A stretch of DNA of 64,000 bases from Spongospora subterranea f. sp. subterranea (taxonomy: Eukaryota): the NCBI GenBank assembly GCA_049724395.1, contig JAUGWO010000026.1, positions 1-64,000 on the forward strand, read 5' to 3'. Shown one piece after another: positions 42,801 through 57,000 of this stretch. The position numbers and the translations under genes were made by a program. The notes below the pieces were generated by a model. That model was not told the DNA's origin and searched no databases. It saw only the letters and a list, made by a program, of their open reading frames with translations. How positions within the stretch are numbered: position 1 is the stretch's first letter; every line of letters starts with the position of its first letter.

Positions 42801-45036
42801 GCCTTTCAATACTCTCATCATCAGCCTTTGCCGATCATTGATTAGTATGTTCCGAGAGATCTGCAACAATATGAAGGGATATTCGGTGAAATATGCGTTT
42901 GGGCTGTCGTCGCGCGCTCATCGATCATTGCTCCTTTGTAACTTCTTTTTCGTTATTATTCAATTGTATCGGCTGATGTTTCTTTGCTTATTTGTCAGTA
43001 TTCAATTTAGTATTGTCCTATGGGCATAGATGTCTATGTGAGGCATGGGTCAATGTACTACATGTTGTATTATGGCTCAGGCAGATGGATCTCCTTCCTG
43101 ATACATTAGGCCATATGGACGATATTCGTGATACCAATGGCAAATTCTTGCCTTCTTTGAGGGAAGCTCACAATGTGGTGCCTGAAAGACCTCGGAAATC
43201 GTTGGCTGCCGCAATCTTCAGTTCCTTGTGGATTGTTGAGTCGGATACGGATTCTAATCATGACGAAGAGAAGTTTGATGAATCGTCTGTAGATGAAGAG
43301 GCAGAATGTATTAGAATTGGTCGCGAGGCGGTCTCGTCAGTACGTCATGCTTGATGATTTATCCACGGTTTTGGTAACTAATTCGAGTTTTTAGTGTAAT
43401 ATCGATCAAGGTCAGTCTCTTTTGCGAACTCGACAGCTTCTATTGATAGATCTAATATTCCTGGGAACTCTACTGTAGTTTTTTTTATGCATCGTCGTGC
43501 GGTATCACATCCTGATTCGTTGCAGCATCTTGTACGAACTCTGATTGCTCTATCGGCGAACCCATTTTCTGCCGACCCATCGGCTGCTTGTAATTTGGAG
43601 AATTTCGATATGGATGTCTTGAATGAGGATTCAGCTGTTTTCTGTCTAGAGCGGCTGTCTAACATTGTTGATAATAACGCCGAACTTTTGATTGAGAAAG
43701 ATATTTGGTCCATTATATTCCAACATTTCAAGGCCATCCTTGCGTCGGTTACTAGCGAGCCGTCGTTCTATATGGAACGAATAATTGTCAACCTTCTCCG
43801 TCTTTGTGTCGGCGGTAACGACAGAGTTATCAACGATGCTATCTCTCTTCTTCCAACGTTAGCGTCCTTTCCGATCGCAGTGCAGTCATCTTTATCAGAG
43901 CGGACCGCCCTCGGCTTATCGTTGCTTTTCAGGTACCTTGTTGACGAGGCTCGTATTAATGCCTTAGTTTGATCATCACAGGGCAAATATTTCTTTCAAT
44001 ACCGCTCGACGTTTTCCCAGCTATTTGTGATAGCCTAGCTTCAACAAGGTTTCATCCTCGAGCTTTCGCTACGTGTATGGAGACATTGGAATACTTGTCA
44101 CAACAAGTTCTATCTCCAAGCTATACCTCTACTTTATCACATATATATTTAGATATCGTTAGATCTCCGGTGAATTGACTCAATTCTTCAATCATCGATA
44201 TCATGGTCTCTTATTCGACTGCTCGCAGGGAGCATTTGTTCGGCCCGCCCACGCTGTTCACCTTTTGCTGCTTTTGAATCGTTCAATATGTCGCTTCCAT
44301 GTCTCTGTACGTTCTCGACAGTTCAAAACTCTTGAATCCTTTTAATTCTTGACAGGACTCAACAAGCATGCGCAGTCCACTGTCTACTGCTTCAAGTTCC
44401 ACAATTGACATTTCAGAATTTCAGGATTTGTGGATGGATAACATATCATCCATGTGCCATGCTTGCGCCTGCAATTCTGATGTAAAATCGCAAGTTTATG
44501 CTATTGAATGTCTTCAAGAGTGCCTTTTGACGGAGCTTCCTTTCTCTTCGTCTCCTTTTTGGATTGATTGTTACGATCAGCATTTACTTCCTCTGTTCGG
44601 AGAGATTGTGGACAATGATGTTAAAGTTCGCGTATGCAACCTTCTGTTCAAAACACTTTTACAAAGAATGGAAGCTATTACCGAAGGTTCACTTTTTCTA
44701 AGTTTTTGGCCTCGATTTGTTGAATCAACAACATCGATCGCGCTCGGTGATGGGTTCTACAGCCAAACATTTCTGCATTTCCGCGAATCTATGAAGAACA
44801 TATTGCTGTTTTTTACTAAAAGCTCCAGAACTCCAGAAGCGCCTGTGAATTCTGTTTTGGAATTGTCATTCGCAGTTTTACGACGATATGAGAACTTGGA
44901 CTCGTTTTGCGAAGAAATTGTTCAGGAAATCCATGAGGACACCAACCTCAACACGAATAGGGAAATTCAAGCAGATGAAATCCGTGATGGTAATGAATCT
45001 GGCCCATCACTCGATGTACCAACTGATAAACAATGA
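39802..45036 (+). CDS. GBF1: Large ARF guanine-nucleotide exchange factor (GBF1/GNOM/Gea class, Sec7 domain), multi-exon
   Basis: DCB/HUS-like N-terminus (HIRVQLE, LYRNYDCE), Sec7 FVIPGEAQMISRIMEEF with the glutamic finger, SVIMLNTDAHNP, FMRNNRGIN; HDS-like helical C-terminus. Confidence 0.88.
41035..41062 (+). repeat. Perfect 14-nt tandem duplication inside a GBF1 intron
   Basis: TATTGGTACAACGC x2. Confidence 0.85.
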
Positions 45037-45103
45037 TAATATTTATGCTCATAATATTCCAGAGTGGTCGATAAAAAATGATTGATCCTATTTACAGCAC
45101 TGA

Positions 45104-47992
45104 TCAGTACAGATTCTTTTGCTTAGAGGCGTCAAGCGAAGGGACTTTGATTTTCTGTTTCTCAAGACCATGGTGCACGCATTCAATAATATCCCCTTGC
45201 TGAATTCCGTCAAATTGGTCTAACACAATACCACACTCTTTGCCTTTGACGATCGTTTGCACATCGTCTTTGAAATGCTTCAAAGAAGCTATGGAACCCT
45301 CCCAAATGAGTTCTCCCCTTCGTAAGACCCGAATGGGAGAAGACCGATCCAACGTGCCCATTGTGACTCTGCAGCCGGCGGCTTTTGAGGCAATTTTACC
45401 ACGCGCTCCGTGCAGATCAAAAACTGTGGCGACTTCTGCCTTACCGACTACTTCCACAACCTTATTACAGAATTAGCACATTGAATATGTTCGTGAAAGA
45501 GTTTTCCCACCTCTTGACTCGGCATTAGCTCATTGATGCTGTCAACAATGTCGTCCATCATCTTGTAGATTACACGTTGAGATTTGACGTTAATTTGAGA
45601 TTCTTTTGCCATTTTTTTCACGGAAGTGGGAACAGAGATATTAAACCCAAATATAGTTGCCCCTGAAATGTGTCGATCAACCCTGAGTGTCGCCGTGCAA
45701 AGATTAACGCATTACCTGATTGTTTAGCTAAAATAATATCCTGCTGAGTTACGCTGCCGACAGATCTAGATAGTATTCGTAGGCAGACTTGTTCCTGCGG
45801 GAGAACGGCAATAAATTCAGAAAGTGCTGTCAACGACCCTGAAATGTCCGCCTTGATGATTACGCAAAGAGAGACAGGTTGCGTCTAATTTTACAATAAA
45901 CAGAATATATCACATTGCCGGTACGCTTGTACCTGAGCGGTTCCGTCGTCATTGACCTTGGGAGTTTCAACTGGAGCCGTCCATAAGGCAGAATTAACAA
46001 GCTCTTCCTGCTCTTGAAGATAAATTCTCCTTGCAACAATTCTGCACTGACTTAGACTAACGGCGATGCACACCGAAGTTCCGTACCTGCGTGCTGCTTG
46101 TTCGGAGCTTACTACAACGATATCAGAACCTACAGCAGGCAACTCCTTCATTCCCGAAATAAGTACTGGCTGAGAAGGCGTCGCCAATTTCATTGAACCT
46201 CCGTTATCGTCATGCTAGGCCGTAATAAACACGCAAAAATACATTAAGCATATTATCCACGTACCATTGATTTCACAATGCCAAAATGAGTTCCTGAGAC
46301 GATAACATCCCCGATTGATAATGTACCACGCCGTATCATAGCCGCCATCATAGGCCCCCTACCTTTTTCGAGATATGATTCAATAACCTGTAAGGTTGGT
46401 GATAATGTGAAAACAATGTAAAAGCTGGAGGTACAAACAACTGCTCTAGCGGGACCATTAACAGGAGCCGTTGTCTCCGCCATTTCGCCAACCAAAGCTA
46501 TAGCCTCGCGAAGCATATCGATACCATCTCCGGTTACGGATGAAATCGACACCATAGGAACATCCCCTCCTAGAGATTCACAGACTACTCCTGGTTTTCC
46601 AGTATTAATTATCTTTGAAAGAGCTATGGAACAAATTATTACCGTATTCCATCAAATCTCGTCTGACTCTATCAGGATCGGCTGATTCTAAGTCCGATTT
46701 TGTCATCGCAACGACTATGGGAAGATCCTCCGCAAGCGCTGCTTTGATCGAAGCAACTGTCTGAGCCTGAACACTAGCGTCAGATGCCACAACAAGCACG
46801 ACAACGTCCTAGAAATATATCCATTTTAGCACAGTGTTTAAACATTGCTATCGATACATCTACAGTTAATCGGCAAGCATTGATACGCATCGATGCAAAT
46901 GCTGCATGACCTGGAGTATCGATTACGGTTGCTCTCGATGTGGAAGTCAACGGTAAAACAAAAGCACCAATGCGCTGTGTAATACCACCAACTTCAGTGG
47001 AAGCAATTCTACTGTTTCTCAAAACATCTAGCAACGTTGTCTGGCAACCATCAATGATATTGCAATTAACAGACCGAATACAAATTACCTTTCCATGGTC
47101 AATATGACCGACAATAGAGACGACGATTGGCCTCGAAGGCCAGAGATTTGGGTCACCTGCGGCATCATTGTACGAGTTCTCGACAACTTTTTCATCGTCT
47201 TTCTCATATTCTGGAGGTCTGAGTTCCACGTCAAAAGATAAATCTAGCTCAGAGGCAGCCATCTGTTTGACCAAAACTCAAACGCCATATTTGTACGAAT
47301 CGGATAAAGTGTAAAACCTGAACAGCCTCAGTAGATACAGTGTGCTCGCCCTGAGTTCCCCGTCTGGGAATGTTTTCACCCAACGCTCTGAGTAATCCTA
47401 CAAGCCTTGGTATTGGGATCATCAAGAGTTTGCTACTGTCCCTAATTGTGACCGATCCTCCTTCAGTCAGGATCACTCTTCTCGTGCGTTCCGGTCTGTC
47501 GGTCCTGACAAATTTCTTCCCGTTCCGTTTATTTCGTTGCTCCACTTTGCGTTGGTAATCCAACGCTCGTTTCTCAACCTCCTTCGCTCGCTGTGCTCGA
47601 GTTTTTATTCGCTGTCCCTTCTCGTCATTTATAGCAGTTTCATATAAAGTGTTAAAAAAGGACACGACCTGCACATGATTAAAGGTTGCATCATTCACCA
47701 TTAGACATCCATTTACAGATTCTCCTTCCATTCGCAAAGCAGGAGGTGCTTGTGGGAGGTTGTCAGTTTTCTGAGCAATGGCGATTTTAGGGAGTACGAT
47801 GCGTGGTTGGGCGGCCCCTGTCGAAAGCGTTGGCGGCCCATCAGTCTGTTTCTGTTTTGGCTCTCAAGATATCCCTGACCCGGTCTATTATCGAAGAGAG
47901 TGGTCGTCTCCCTGTAATCCTAAGCGCTTTACTCACAATTACACTGCTCATGATGACGATACCCACTACAGCAGTCGATACCGCATCGTCAT
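45104..47992 (-). CDS. MTIF2: Organellar (mitochondrial) translation initiation factor IF2, multi-exon
   Basis: [65 protein letters not shown]...GKECGI; N-terminus has an extra A at 47855-47858. Confidence 0.9.
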
Positions 47993-48043
47993 AACGCTAC
48001 GGTGCTCAGCCACAGACGGTGCAGGGGGGACCGCAAATTAATG

Positions 48044-48111
48044 CGCCACTGATTACAAGTGCAGTTGATCACGAATTTGTGGAACGCCACTGACCACAAG
48101 TGCAGTTGATC
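48044..48111. repeat. Direct repeat of 27 nt x2 (2 mismatches) with a 14-nt spacer
   Basis: CGCCACTGATTACAAGTGCAGTTGATC (48044-48070) and CGCCACTGACCACAAGTGCAGTTGATC (48085-48111). Confidence 0.9.
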
Positions 48112-48135
48112 TTGTATTTTGGAAAACATGATCAT

Positions 48136-49098
48136 TTAATTGTTGTAAGGAACGGAGCTATAGCTTGCCGTCAACTTTTGCATGTTGTCTCGGCATATAT
48201 GCATTCTTGCGTCCTCTTCAGCTTCTTGCTTTGTTATTTCCTCACTTTCTTGACCCTCGTCCTCTTGCGCCTTGCGTAGTTTCCACGCTTTCATCCTAGC
48301 GCAATATCTTTGTTGCGCTTCAACTCTCTCTTCCGTTGATCGCATGCGCTCATTTTCTATGTTTTTCCTTTCCATCAGCTCACCCTCTTTCCCATCTTTG
48401 AACCGCCACTGACCACAGGCTTCAACGAGGCGTCGTTCATCTTCAAATACTGGGCGATCATCAAGGAAATTCAAGCTTGGCAGCCTTGCGATCATTGTCT
48501 TACGATAATGTCGAATGCTATTGATGAAAGGATTTCCTTTCAAATACAAACAACCCAGTTGTGGTAGTTTTGCTAAGGTATCGATGACTTTCGGGTCTGA
48601 TAGCTTGTTTTTCGAAAGATCCAGCGTCCTAATCGCAGAGCAATGAATGAGATGCTCGATAGACGATAATTCGGACAAACGATTGTCAGAAAGATTCAGA
48701 TTTGAAAGAACGGGCAAATGTGATAATCCGGATACATGTTGTATCAGGTTGCCTTGTAGATTTATCGCATTTAATTTTACGTTGTTTTCAAGGTTTTCGA
48801 TCGACGTAATGCAGTTTTGTTGCAAATAAAGACACGTTAATAGTGTCATGTGACCGATATTCTCAATCCTCTCCAAGGCATTGCTTTCCAGAAATAGCGC
48901 TTTCACATTGACGTATGCGTCTAAACATTTAATCCGTCTGAACTGCTGGAAATGTAAATACAGGTTATCGTTTAACGCCGGAGTGGAGTAAAGACCCTTT
49001 TCTTTACATAACCGCTGTAATAGCCGACCATTCATGGTAGGTCCATCGCTGACTTGTACCCGATGGTCGCCTTCGTTATCAAGGCCAGATGGCGCCAT
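48136..49098 (-). CDS. DNAAF1: Dynein axonemal assembly factor 1 (LRRC50/ODA7)-like LRR protein; intronless
   Basis: LCKEKGLYSTPALNDNLYLHF, SDS22-type LRRs, LYLKGNP...YRKTMIARLPSLNFLDDRPVFEDERR. Confidence 0.9.
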   Translation of the reverse strand: MAPSGLDNEGDHRVQVSDGPTMNGRLLQRLCKEKGLYSTPALNDNLYLHFQQFRRIKCLDAYVNVKALFLESNALERIENIGHMTLLTCLYLQQNCITSIENLENNVKLNAINLQGNLIQHVSGLSHLPVLSNLNLSDNRLSELSSIEHLIHCSAIRTLDLSKNKLSDPKVIDTLAKLPQLGCLYLKGNPFINSIRHYRKTMIARLPSLNFLDDRPVFEDERRLVEACGQWRFKDGKEGELMERKNIENERMRSTEERVEAQQRYCARMKAWKLRKAQEDEGQESEEITKQEAEEDARMHICRDNMQKLTASYSSVPYNN

Positions 49099-49327
49099 AC
49101 TTTGCACGGTAGAGTACCTAGTGATCTTTTGTAGGTACTCCAATAAATAACTGGAAGCCATAATCATTAGCAGCACCAAAGTAGTACCAGATTCCGGTCT
49201 GGCCAAGTCGCTGATGTAAGATGCTTCAAAACTTCAGGCGGAAACGGAAATGGTTCACTGCCGGCAGTAAAATCGCCGATTGTACATTGTGACGGTAATT
49301 TGTATTGAGAGATTACGGGGCGCCTAC

Positions 49328-50849
49328 TCACAGATTGGATTTCATTGGCTTCAAGATCAGTTCATCCTCAACGGGTCGAAAGTATGCATTGACCAGAGAA
49401 TCTGGAACTTCGGCAACACTCTTGTGCTCCCACTTGGGATTTCGATCTTTGTCGATCAACGCTGCCCGGACGCCTTCATAAAAGTCATGTCCATCAATAC
49501 ATCGGCATACGAGGCGATACTCCATCTGGAAACATTGCTCGATAGATAATCCTCGGCCAGCTCTGATTTCTTTAAAGGTAATCTTCAGACTGAGTGGAGA
49601 CATTTTCAATAACTTTTGTAAGACCGCTCGCCCAAATTCGGTATTGCTTTGTTCAAGACTGGCTAAAATCTCTTCAACTGATCCTTTTGAAAAACATTCT
49701 GCAATGATCGGGAGACTTGCAACAAACCCTTCACTTGCTGCAGGATTTACCGCCCTTTCGTTGATAGCGCTATTTACCGAATCTGGATCATAGTTGACTT
49801 CATGAATCCTGTCAAGCACCTTATTAATCAAATGAGAAGGCACGTAATGGGTTGCAACTCCAGCATGAACAGCGTCGGCTCCTTTTAATATCGCACCAGT
49901 ACTATGACAGATTAAGAAGCAGATGACTAACTTGGACAATGCCCTACAGTGCTAAATACATCCCTAATTGGCCTGGTAGTCGCGACAAATAAAAAGATGC
50001 ACCAACATCAGGAAAGAGCCCTATTGCAGTCTCTACAAAATTGGGATTACATATTATCGAATAAGCGCGTTTCCAATCGACGGACCCGGCATTGCCCATT
50101 GGGTGTTCTCCGTTGCAATTCGAAAACGCCCCGGTAATGATATCCCGACTCCTCCACCCACTGCATGGACATCAAAAAAACAGTTTTACGTTTATAGCGA
50201 AATTCTGACTGGTCACTCCGTCCATGATCGCTATATAGTTGCTTTTCATTCCAGCAATGAAATGGTTCAACGAATATTCGCATCTAAAGAACTTTTTCGC
50301 ATAGGAAGGCAGATCGTCACCATCTGAGTTCAAAGTTAAATAAAAACCGGAGCACGGCATCATTGTGAACTTGCCCTGCTTTTTCAGACATAAGGCTTTG
50401 ACATCACCCCCTGCACAGAACCATTTGCTTCCACTTCGCATGACCGTATGGAAAATACCAGAACTGGATTCGTTATCCTAACAAATGTTTGACATCAGGA
50501 CTAAGCACATAAGCAAAGTATTTAACCTGAATTTTCTTGTATATGCTTTCGATCATGTTCGCACTGAGGCTGTTTAAGGATTTGGGACGGTTCAGAGTGA
50601 TTGATGAGGTGTGCCCATTATCGGTAAATATCACTTCCTCATCCTAGGAAAAACTCAATCGTTCTAGTCTGATATAATCCAATCTGTTACATATAATGAA
50701 GGATCAGGTACAAAATACAATGGCTGCTTAATTTCCGCCTCTGTGGCCATGCTGCGATGAGTCTGCGATAATCTTCCAATCGGTGAGTAACGGAGTAGGT
50801 TAGTACCACAGGCCTTGATAGCAGAGGTCGATTGTGATATGATGAGCAT
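49328..50849 (-). CDS. HIBCH: 3-hydroxyisobutyryl-CoA hydrolase, mitochondrial (crotonase family), multi-exon
   Basis: Transit-peptide-like N-terminus, [63 protein letters not shown]. Confidence 0.93.
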
Positions 50850-51152
50850 TAATAACAGAGCTCTGACCAGTTCGGCGAAAATTCTTGACACAAGTGGCCA
50901 AATTGGATGCGCAGAGCAAGACGGTGTAGCTGCGGTAAGCCCTCCTGTATCAAAGGGTTGCGGTTGCTCCAGATTACGGACATTGACATTCTCTGAAAAG
51001 TCAAACCTGTTTGCTGTATGCCTCGGGGTACAATGTATGGGATTTCAAAGCAGCTTGAAAGCGCTAAATAATATCAGAGACAACGGACTTTCATTCATCA
51101 CAAAAAAAACAGTTTGCTGTAGAATTGATCATAGATTATTGAAGAATATAAA

Positions 51153-53528
51153 TTAAGAGGTAAGAGGTTTTGGATTTCGGCCCCCTTTGTTTCCACCCCT
51201 TCTGGGTGCAGGTTGAGCAGGAGACTTCGCTGTCCAAGATGGATTTGGCGATGAAGGTGTTACATTACTTTGATGAAGTTGCATACGTGCGTGTTGCAAA
51301 GCCTGCAAAAATATCAACTACGAGCGTAATGAGTCGGGACGACATAACCTGCATGTGAGCTGTGGTAGGCCGACTTCCGGATGGCCAAGCGGGAAAATGC
51401 TGCTCATGTTCGGCTGCAACTGTCTACGCAAAGATAAGCCTCAAAATCTGAACGAAACGAATCGCAAAGCACTGACTGAAGTTGAAACATTGGGTAGACT
51501 CTGCATGATCTGAGCCGCAGCTTTGTTGATGACGTGCTCGGATTTGACCGTCATCGGTGGCGAAGACCATTGCGGGGACTCTTGAGGAGGGAGACTCAAC
51601 AATTTCGGCAGAACCGGTGGTCCTGTATTGTTGGGGTCTTTATCATGCAGCATCACCCTGCCTTCGCGTTGAGATTGTGTAATATAGGCAGACACAAACT
51701 TATTTGTCGTTTTCATGGTTGCCAATGTTGAATCTAATGAACCTATCAAAACGGATGTACCATGGTTCAGAGTTAAAATACCTAAGAATGTCAGGCTTCT
51801 TATCCCCTTCAGAAGTAATTTTAAGAATGCCTTCATACGTGCCCGAGCTAACTGGCGGGTCAGGCACACCCAGACGGCATGGCCTTGAAAAGATGAAAAG
51901 GTCGTGCATTTGTCTCATGTCTAGCTTCAAGTCAAACAGAGCAAAAAAATCGTGCAACCAACGTACTTCTTTGAGAGAAAAAACGCAGAGAACGGACATC
52001 TCCAGGTTTTGGAAGAATCATTTTGATAGGCCTTGAATTTGGAGCATGCAGCTTGACTTTGGACTGAATAGTTAGGCGAGGTGTAGCTCCCTGAAAAAAG
52101 AAATATGGACGATAGAAAACCAGAGAGCACACTCTGATGTACCTGTGGCTCAGGAGCTACAGCGTTGTTAAATATGGTATATCGAGAAATGCTGTCGTTC
52201 AGCAGAATATTTCTTGCATGATTGCATGTGCCAGCTTGCGAATGTTGAACGTAATTGGCGCAACGAAGCAACGTACGAGTGCGATCTTGCATAGGTTTCA
52301 AACCAGGAACATCCGGAAGACGACTCCAGCCGAGCGCGACCATCGAAGGGGCCTTCACTTTAGTGATGCCTTGATCCAGAATTTGCTGTCGACGTTGCGG
52401 TGACTTCAAGCAGCGAGCAATTTGACGCCTTGTTAGTTTGGGCACATTATGTTGATTGAGGTTATAGTTCATCACACTGGCAACTTGTAAGACCCGAACG
52501 GAAGGTTCTAAGCAAATATTGGGCGCATTAGCACGTAAAATTCGCTCTTCAAGGGCGATTTTTAAGTCATCCATTTGAGCATCGTCAATCTTGGTGAGCA
52601 CTTTGAGGTCGCAGAGTCGTTCTATATCCCCTGAAACAGTTTCTGCCGTGGGCTTTAATAAAACTCGGCGAATTGTCGGTTGAGGACAAAATTCGGTCAT
52701 CTCCCTGTAGTCAACGATATCCATCACGACAAATCCATCATAAAAGGTCCATTTCGCGTTGCGAAGCATCTCCGAAATATATGGTGGTAAAATACCGTTG
52801 TCAATAGCACTTGAGGAATTGCTGAATACAAAATTGATTACAAAGCGGCCCTAGGCGGATTTCGATACAATACCTTCGAATGACGATCGTATTCATGCCA
52901 CGCATTGTTATCTGAACCTAGAGAAAATCCCCTTTGAAACAAATGCAATTGTACTGCAGGTTTAACATCTGGAATCCGCTCAATTGCAAAACCTCCCCTG
53001 AAAAACATGCGAATATCTGAACAAAACGGAAGTAAGCTGGAATGTCCATGATTCAGCAGCAAAACTCACTTTTATCAGCTTTAGGAAAACTCAGCTTCAA
53101 CATCTCCTCATGTAAGACTTTTCGCAAAGAATCATCGCCTAAAACTGGCATCGCTCTTGCCTGAATATATTGTCAAACATCATTCTGACAAAAACACTTG
53201 TGAGTTAACCTTTTCTTGAGACATTAATCGCCGAGTAATCGAATCTCTTGAATGCTTGACAAAACGATAGAGATTTATTGGCGGGAACAGCGTATTTAGG
53301 TTTGTGGGGATGAGCTCCTCAATAGTGGTTGCGTGATGACCGATTCCCGGCTTTGGAGCTGGGGGACGGGGGCCGTGATGGAGGAGGACAGCTCCCTATT
53401 CGAGCTCGTTTGACCCATTTGAAACCTTTAACGTGAGCTCGGCGCTTGTTAACAGGAAACTTGACCCTGTCATATTTGTCGGGGAGTACTCTTCCATCAG
53501 GTTCAGCGGTACTAGACGACACCTCCAT
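51153..53528 (-). CDS. SPT20: SAGA subunit Spt20-like protein, multi-exon
   Basis: LHLFQRGFSL, IDNGILPP, FYDGFVVMDIVDYRE, RRVLLKPTAETVSGDI, LEERILRANAPNICLEPS match the Spt20 SEP-like core. Confidence 0.75.
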
Positions 53529-54030
53529 TTATGTAGACAATTATTCACGGACACTTTACGGAACGATTTACGGCGCGAGCCAAAATAAGGTTGATATCGG
53601 TAAGTAATGGAAAGGTGCCCAGGACGGTGATGACCCTACAGCACCGTCTAACATTCAAACCGGCCGTTGATTTCTCGAGTGACGTCACAATTCAATGAAG
53701 GGCAAAATGGCAATTGTGTGTGTTGAGCAATTCCCTTAGCTTTATTGTTTTTTTCCAAAAAAACTTGACACAAAAAATCCTTGTTTATCAACCCAACATG
53801 CCTCGGAAATGCTATGCCAAACAAAATGTATGTCTACTCCAAACATCCCTCGCAAACGACAATGAGGCCATCAAACTACACAACTGATGTATTTTAAATT
53901 TTTTCGGTTTTCAATACTACTGTTTGACAAACTGTTAACCTAAAAAAAAGACAACTTGTGATGATATCGGGGATGGAGCCTGGCGCCCCTGACATCGAGG
54001 TTGAGGTTCCCCTTTTCACGCACCTGTCCA

Positions 54031-57000
54031 ATGGATTTCGGGCCGGAGGCCACGCACAAGGACCAGTAGTCGACTTCTTTACCGCGCGCAAATTGCTCTT
54101 GACATTTTCCCTGTTCCTCTAATGGAACTTCGTCGTGCACAATTTAGGATTAGTGCATTGGACGCCCAGGTGGCAAAGATTACTGCTCAGTTTGAGACTA
54201 AGGCCTTATCGCATGTATGGAAAAAATTTTCACACGCTCCTGATGTTTGAGACCTCCTGGGATTATGATGTGGTTTGACATGATTTGATATGGGCATTTC
54301 GTCATATGAGCTCAGTTTCAACCATTCTAAATCGGGGGTGTAGGCTAAAGAAATCGAAGAGAAAGACAACATTATCCTCCAGCTTGAAAAATGTGTTGCC
54401 AGTTTAAAGATACACGCTGCTGAGCAGGTCATATCTCAGCACCTATACACCTTTCGCTATATTGATTAAACTCGTTATCTTAGAACGTGGAAGGCGTGAT
54501 TGAACACCAATTGGCACGCAAGGACCATGACGTGTCGTGTGAACCAGAGGCTCCTTATCACATTGAAAGGAAAGTGCTGGAAGCTGAGATCATGTTGCTG
54601 AAAAATCAATTGGAAGAAGCTAGGCAAGATGCAACGGTAATTCAACAATTCAAATTTGCATTTGTTGACAATTTTTCCTAGAACGAGATTTCGCTACGGG
54701 GTTCGAAGTTGATAGAATCTGACGCCACTATTCAAGAGCTTCGTAAAGACTTGGTTGACCAACAAGAACTGCTTGATCGAGAAACTATAGTTCTGAACGA
54801 AACCATATCAGCTTTGAAGGACGAACTTTTACGGGCAGAAAAAGATGCAGTGACGTTACAGAAATCGTGTGTCGATTCTCAAAAAGTCATTTTGATACTC
54901 AACAAACAGCTTGCAGAACTCACGGAATCGCATCGAGTTATGAATGAGGAGTTTTCACAGCTTAGAATTGACGCCGCTGAAGTGCTTCAAATAGGCGCAA
55001 ATGCTCAAACCGAGAGACGCAAACTTTGAAGCAATCCAATGACAGATTATCTTGTGAACTTGAGGCTTTTAAAGGCTCTTGTGCAAGAATGGAGGGTCTT
55101 TTGGAAGAGATGACGATGAAATATGACGCCCTGAGCAAAGATTTTGACAGCAAACAAATGGAGTGGTCGCTCAACAATTTTCCCCGCGATGAGTTTTTGT
55201 CATTAACCTCCTCCAATTCTATATTGAAAACTCAATTCGACGCGCTGCAAGCAAAGTCGCTCGACATTATAAGTGATAACCAGAATCGAGAAGTGTTTTT
55301 GCAAGAGTTGTTTCTTGAAAAAACGCGCGACATCAAAGATTTGGAGCGTCTTGTACGAAAACTGACTCAGCTCAATTCTGAAACGTCTACAGAGTTCGCG
55401 AACTCGTCTGAGCAATTTTATGACCGCTTTGGGCGCATATCGTCAGAGGCTGAGAATTTCAAAGAAGCTGTCTTCCTGTTAAACTCAGTCTCACAGAATG
55501 CCGTCTTTGAGTTGGAACATCAGAACTCTTTACACCGATCAGAGGCCATCTCTGCTTCCACAACTTCAGAACTTCTAGAGCATGAGATAACGGTTTTGAA
55601 AAAGGAACTTCAAAACGCTTGCCAAAGCAAGGAGGACTTGGAGAAATTGTCAGACTCTACGATTGACAAGTTTCGCACCGAATATGAGCAATATTCTCAG
55701 GCAATCGTTGAGAAAGATCAACTCATCGAATCCCTTAATGGTAATATCAGCGTTATCCGAAATGAGTATAACTCTCTTGTCGTCACTTCACGTTCCGCTG
55801 AAAATGATCTACTTGAGTCTAATAAGGTTCTGTCACACGAGCTTCATTCTCTCACTGAGCTAAATTCAACTCTTCAAGCATCTCTCTTAGTTGCCCTTTC
55901 TCACAAGGAACAGCTCCTGTGCGCTGCCGAAGCGTATCGCTGTCAGAATGATGAGATTGCCGAAGACAGAATGACTCTGACATCCAAAATTATTCATTTA
56001 CAGAATTTGATTGCAGACGTTAGCAAAGAAAACGAAGACTTAAAATTTAATATTCTGGGACAAATAAGCTCATCTTTGGCTGCAAAAGAAACTTGTTCAA
56101 ATGTCTCAGCTTTAACTTTCTGTCCTTCAGTCGGCTTTTTGGAACAACAAAGCAGAAGACACGGTGCAACGCGAAATACTGACGACAAAGCTCTATACAG
56201 CGAACAACGAAATCGCCATAATAGGACAACAAATGGAAGACTTACAGGCAACTACCGTTTCTCTCACCGAAGAAATTAACCATTTGAAAGCAGCAAAGGA
56301 ATTGGTTGAATCAGCGCTCACAGAACATGCTACTAATCTTTCGAAATCAGAGCAGCTTGAACGTCAGTCTCACGATTTGATCAACTGTTTAAAGGCTCAA
56401 GTGACTGGACTGCAAAATCAGTTCCAAGACGCCGTCCTTAGCATTCACAAATTCCGCTTCCACCTTGAGCAAGAACCTGCTACGGCTCTTGACTTTTTTG
56501 AAGACAGTAGTGGGGACCTTGGAGCCGCGATTCAGTCAATGGCTAGATGCTGGGTTGCCTGCATAAGTGACGTATCGCAGCTCGAAGCGAGGGTTTCCGA
56601 GCTGTCCATTACTTGTTCCGGAAAAGACACATGTATTTTCCAATTGCAATCCGAGCGTGACGATATTTGCGAAAAGGCAACGTCGTTAGAGAAAATAATC
56701 GTTGCTATCGAAGGAGAGTTTGTATCAATTCAGAAGAAATCGTCATGGTATCTCGACAAAGAGCGAGAAGATGCAAGGCAACTGAACGAAAATTTACGCA
56801 AACTATTAGAGCAATCGCACCAGTTTCGTTATTCGGCAGAGAAGGAAGTTTTGAGACTGTCCGATATGCTGAGATCATTGAAGAGGTCGATAGCGGAACA
56901 TACTGAGCAAGTTAGCGTACTCAAAAATGAAAACCAGCGCATCGCAAATGAAAGCACGAGACTAACAATGGATTTGATTGCTGCAAAAAACGACCTAGCT

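Noticed and set aside
48044..48111. CRISPR-like repeat-spacer-repeat
   Set aside because: Only two units with a 14-nt spacer, a eukaryotic context and no cas genes.
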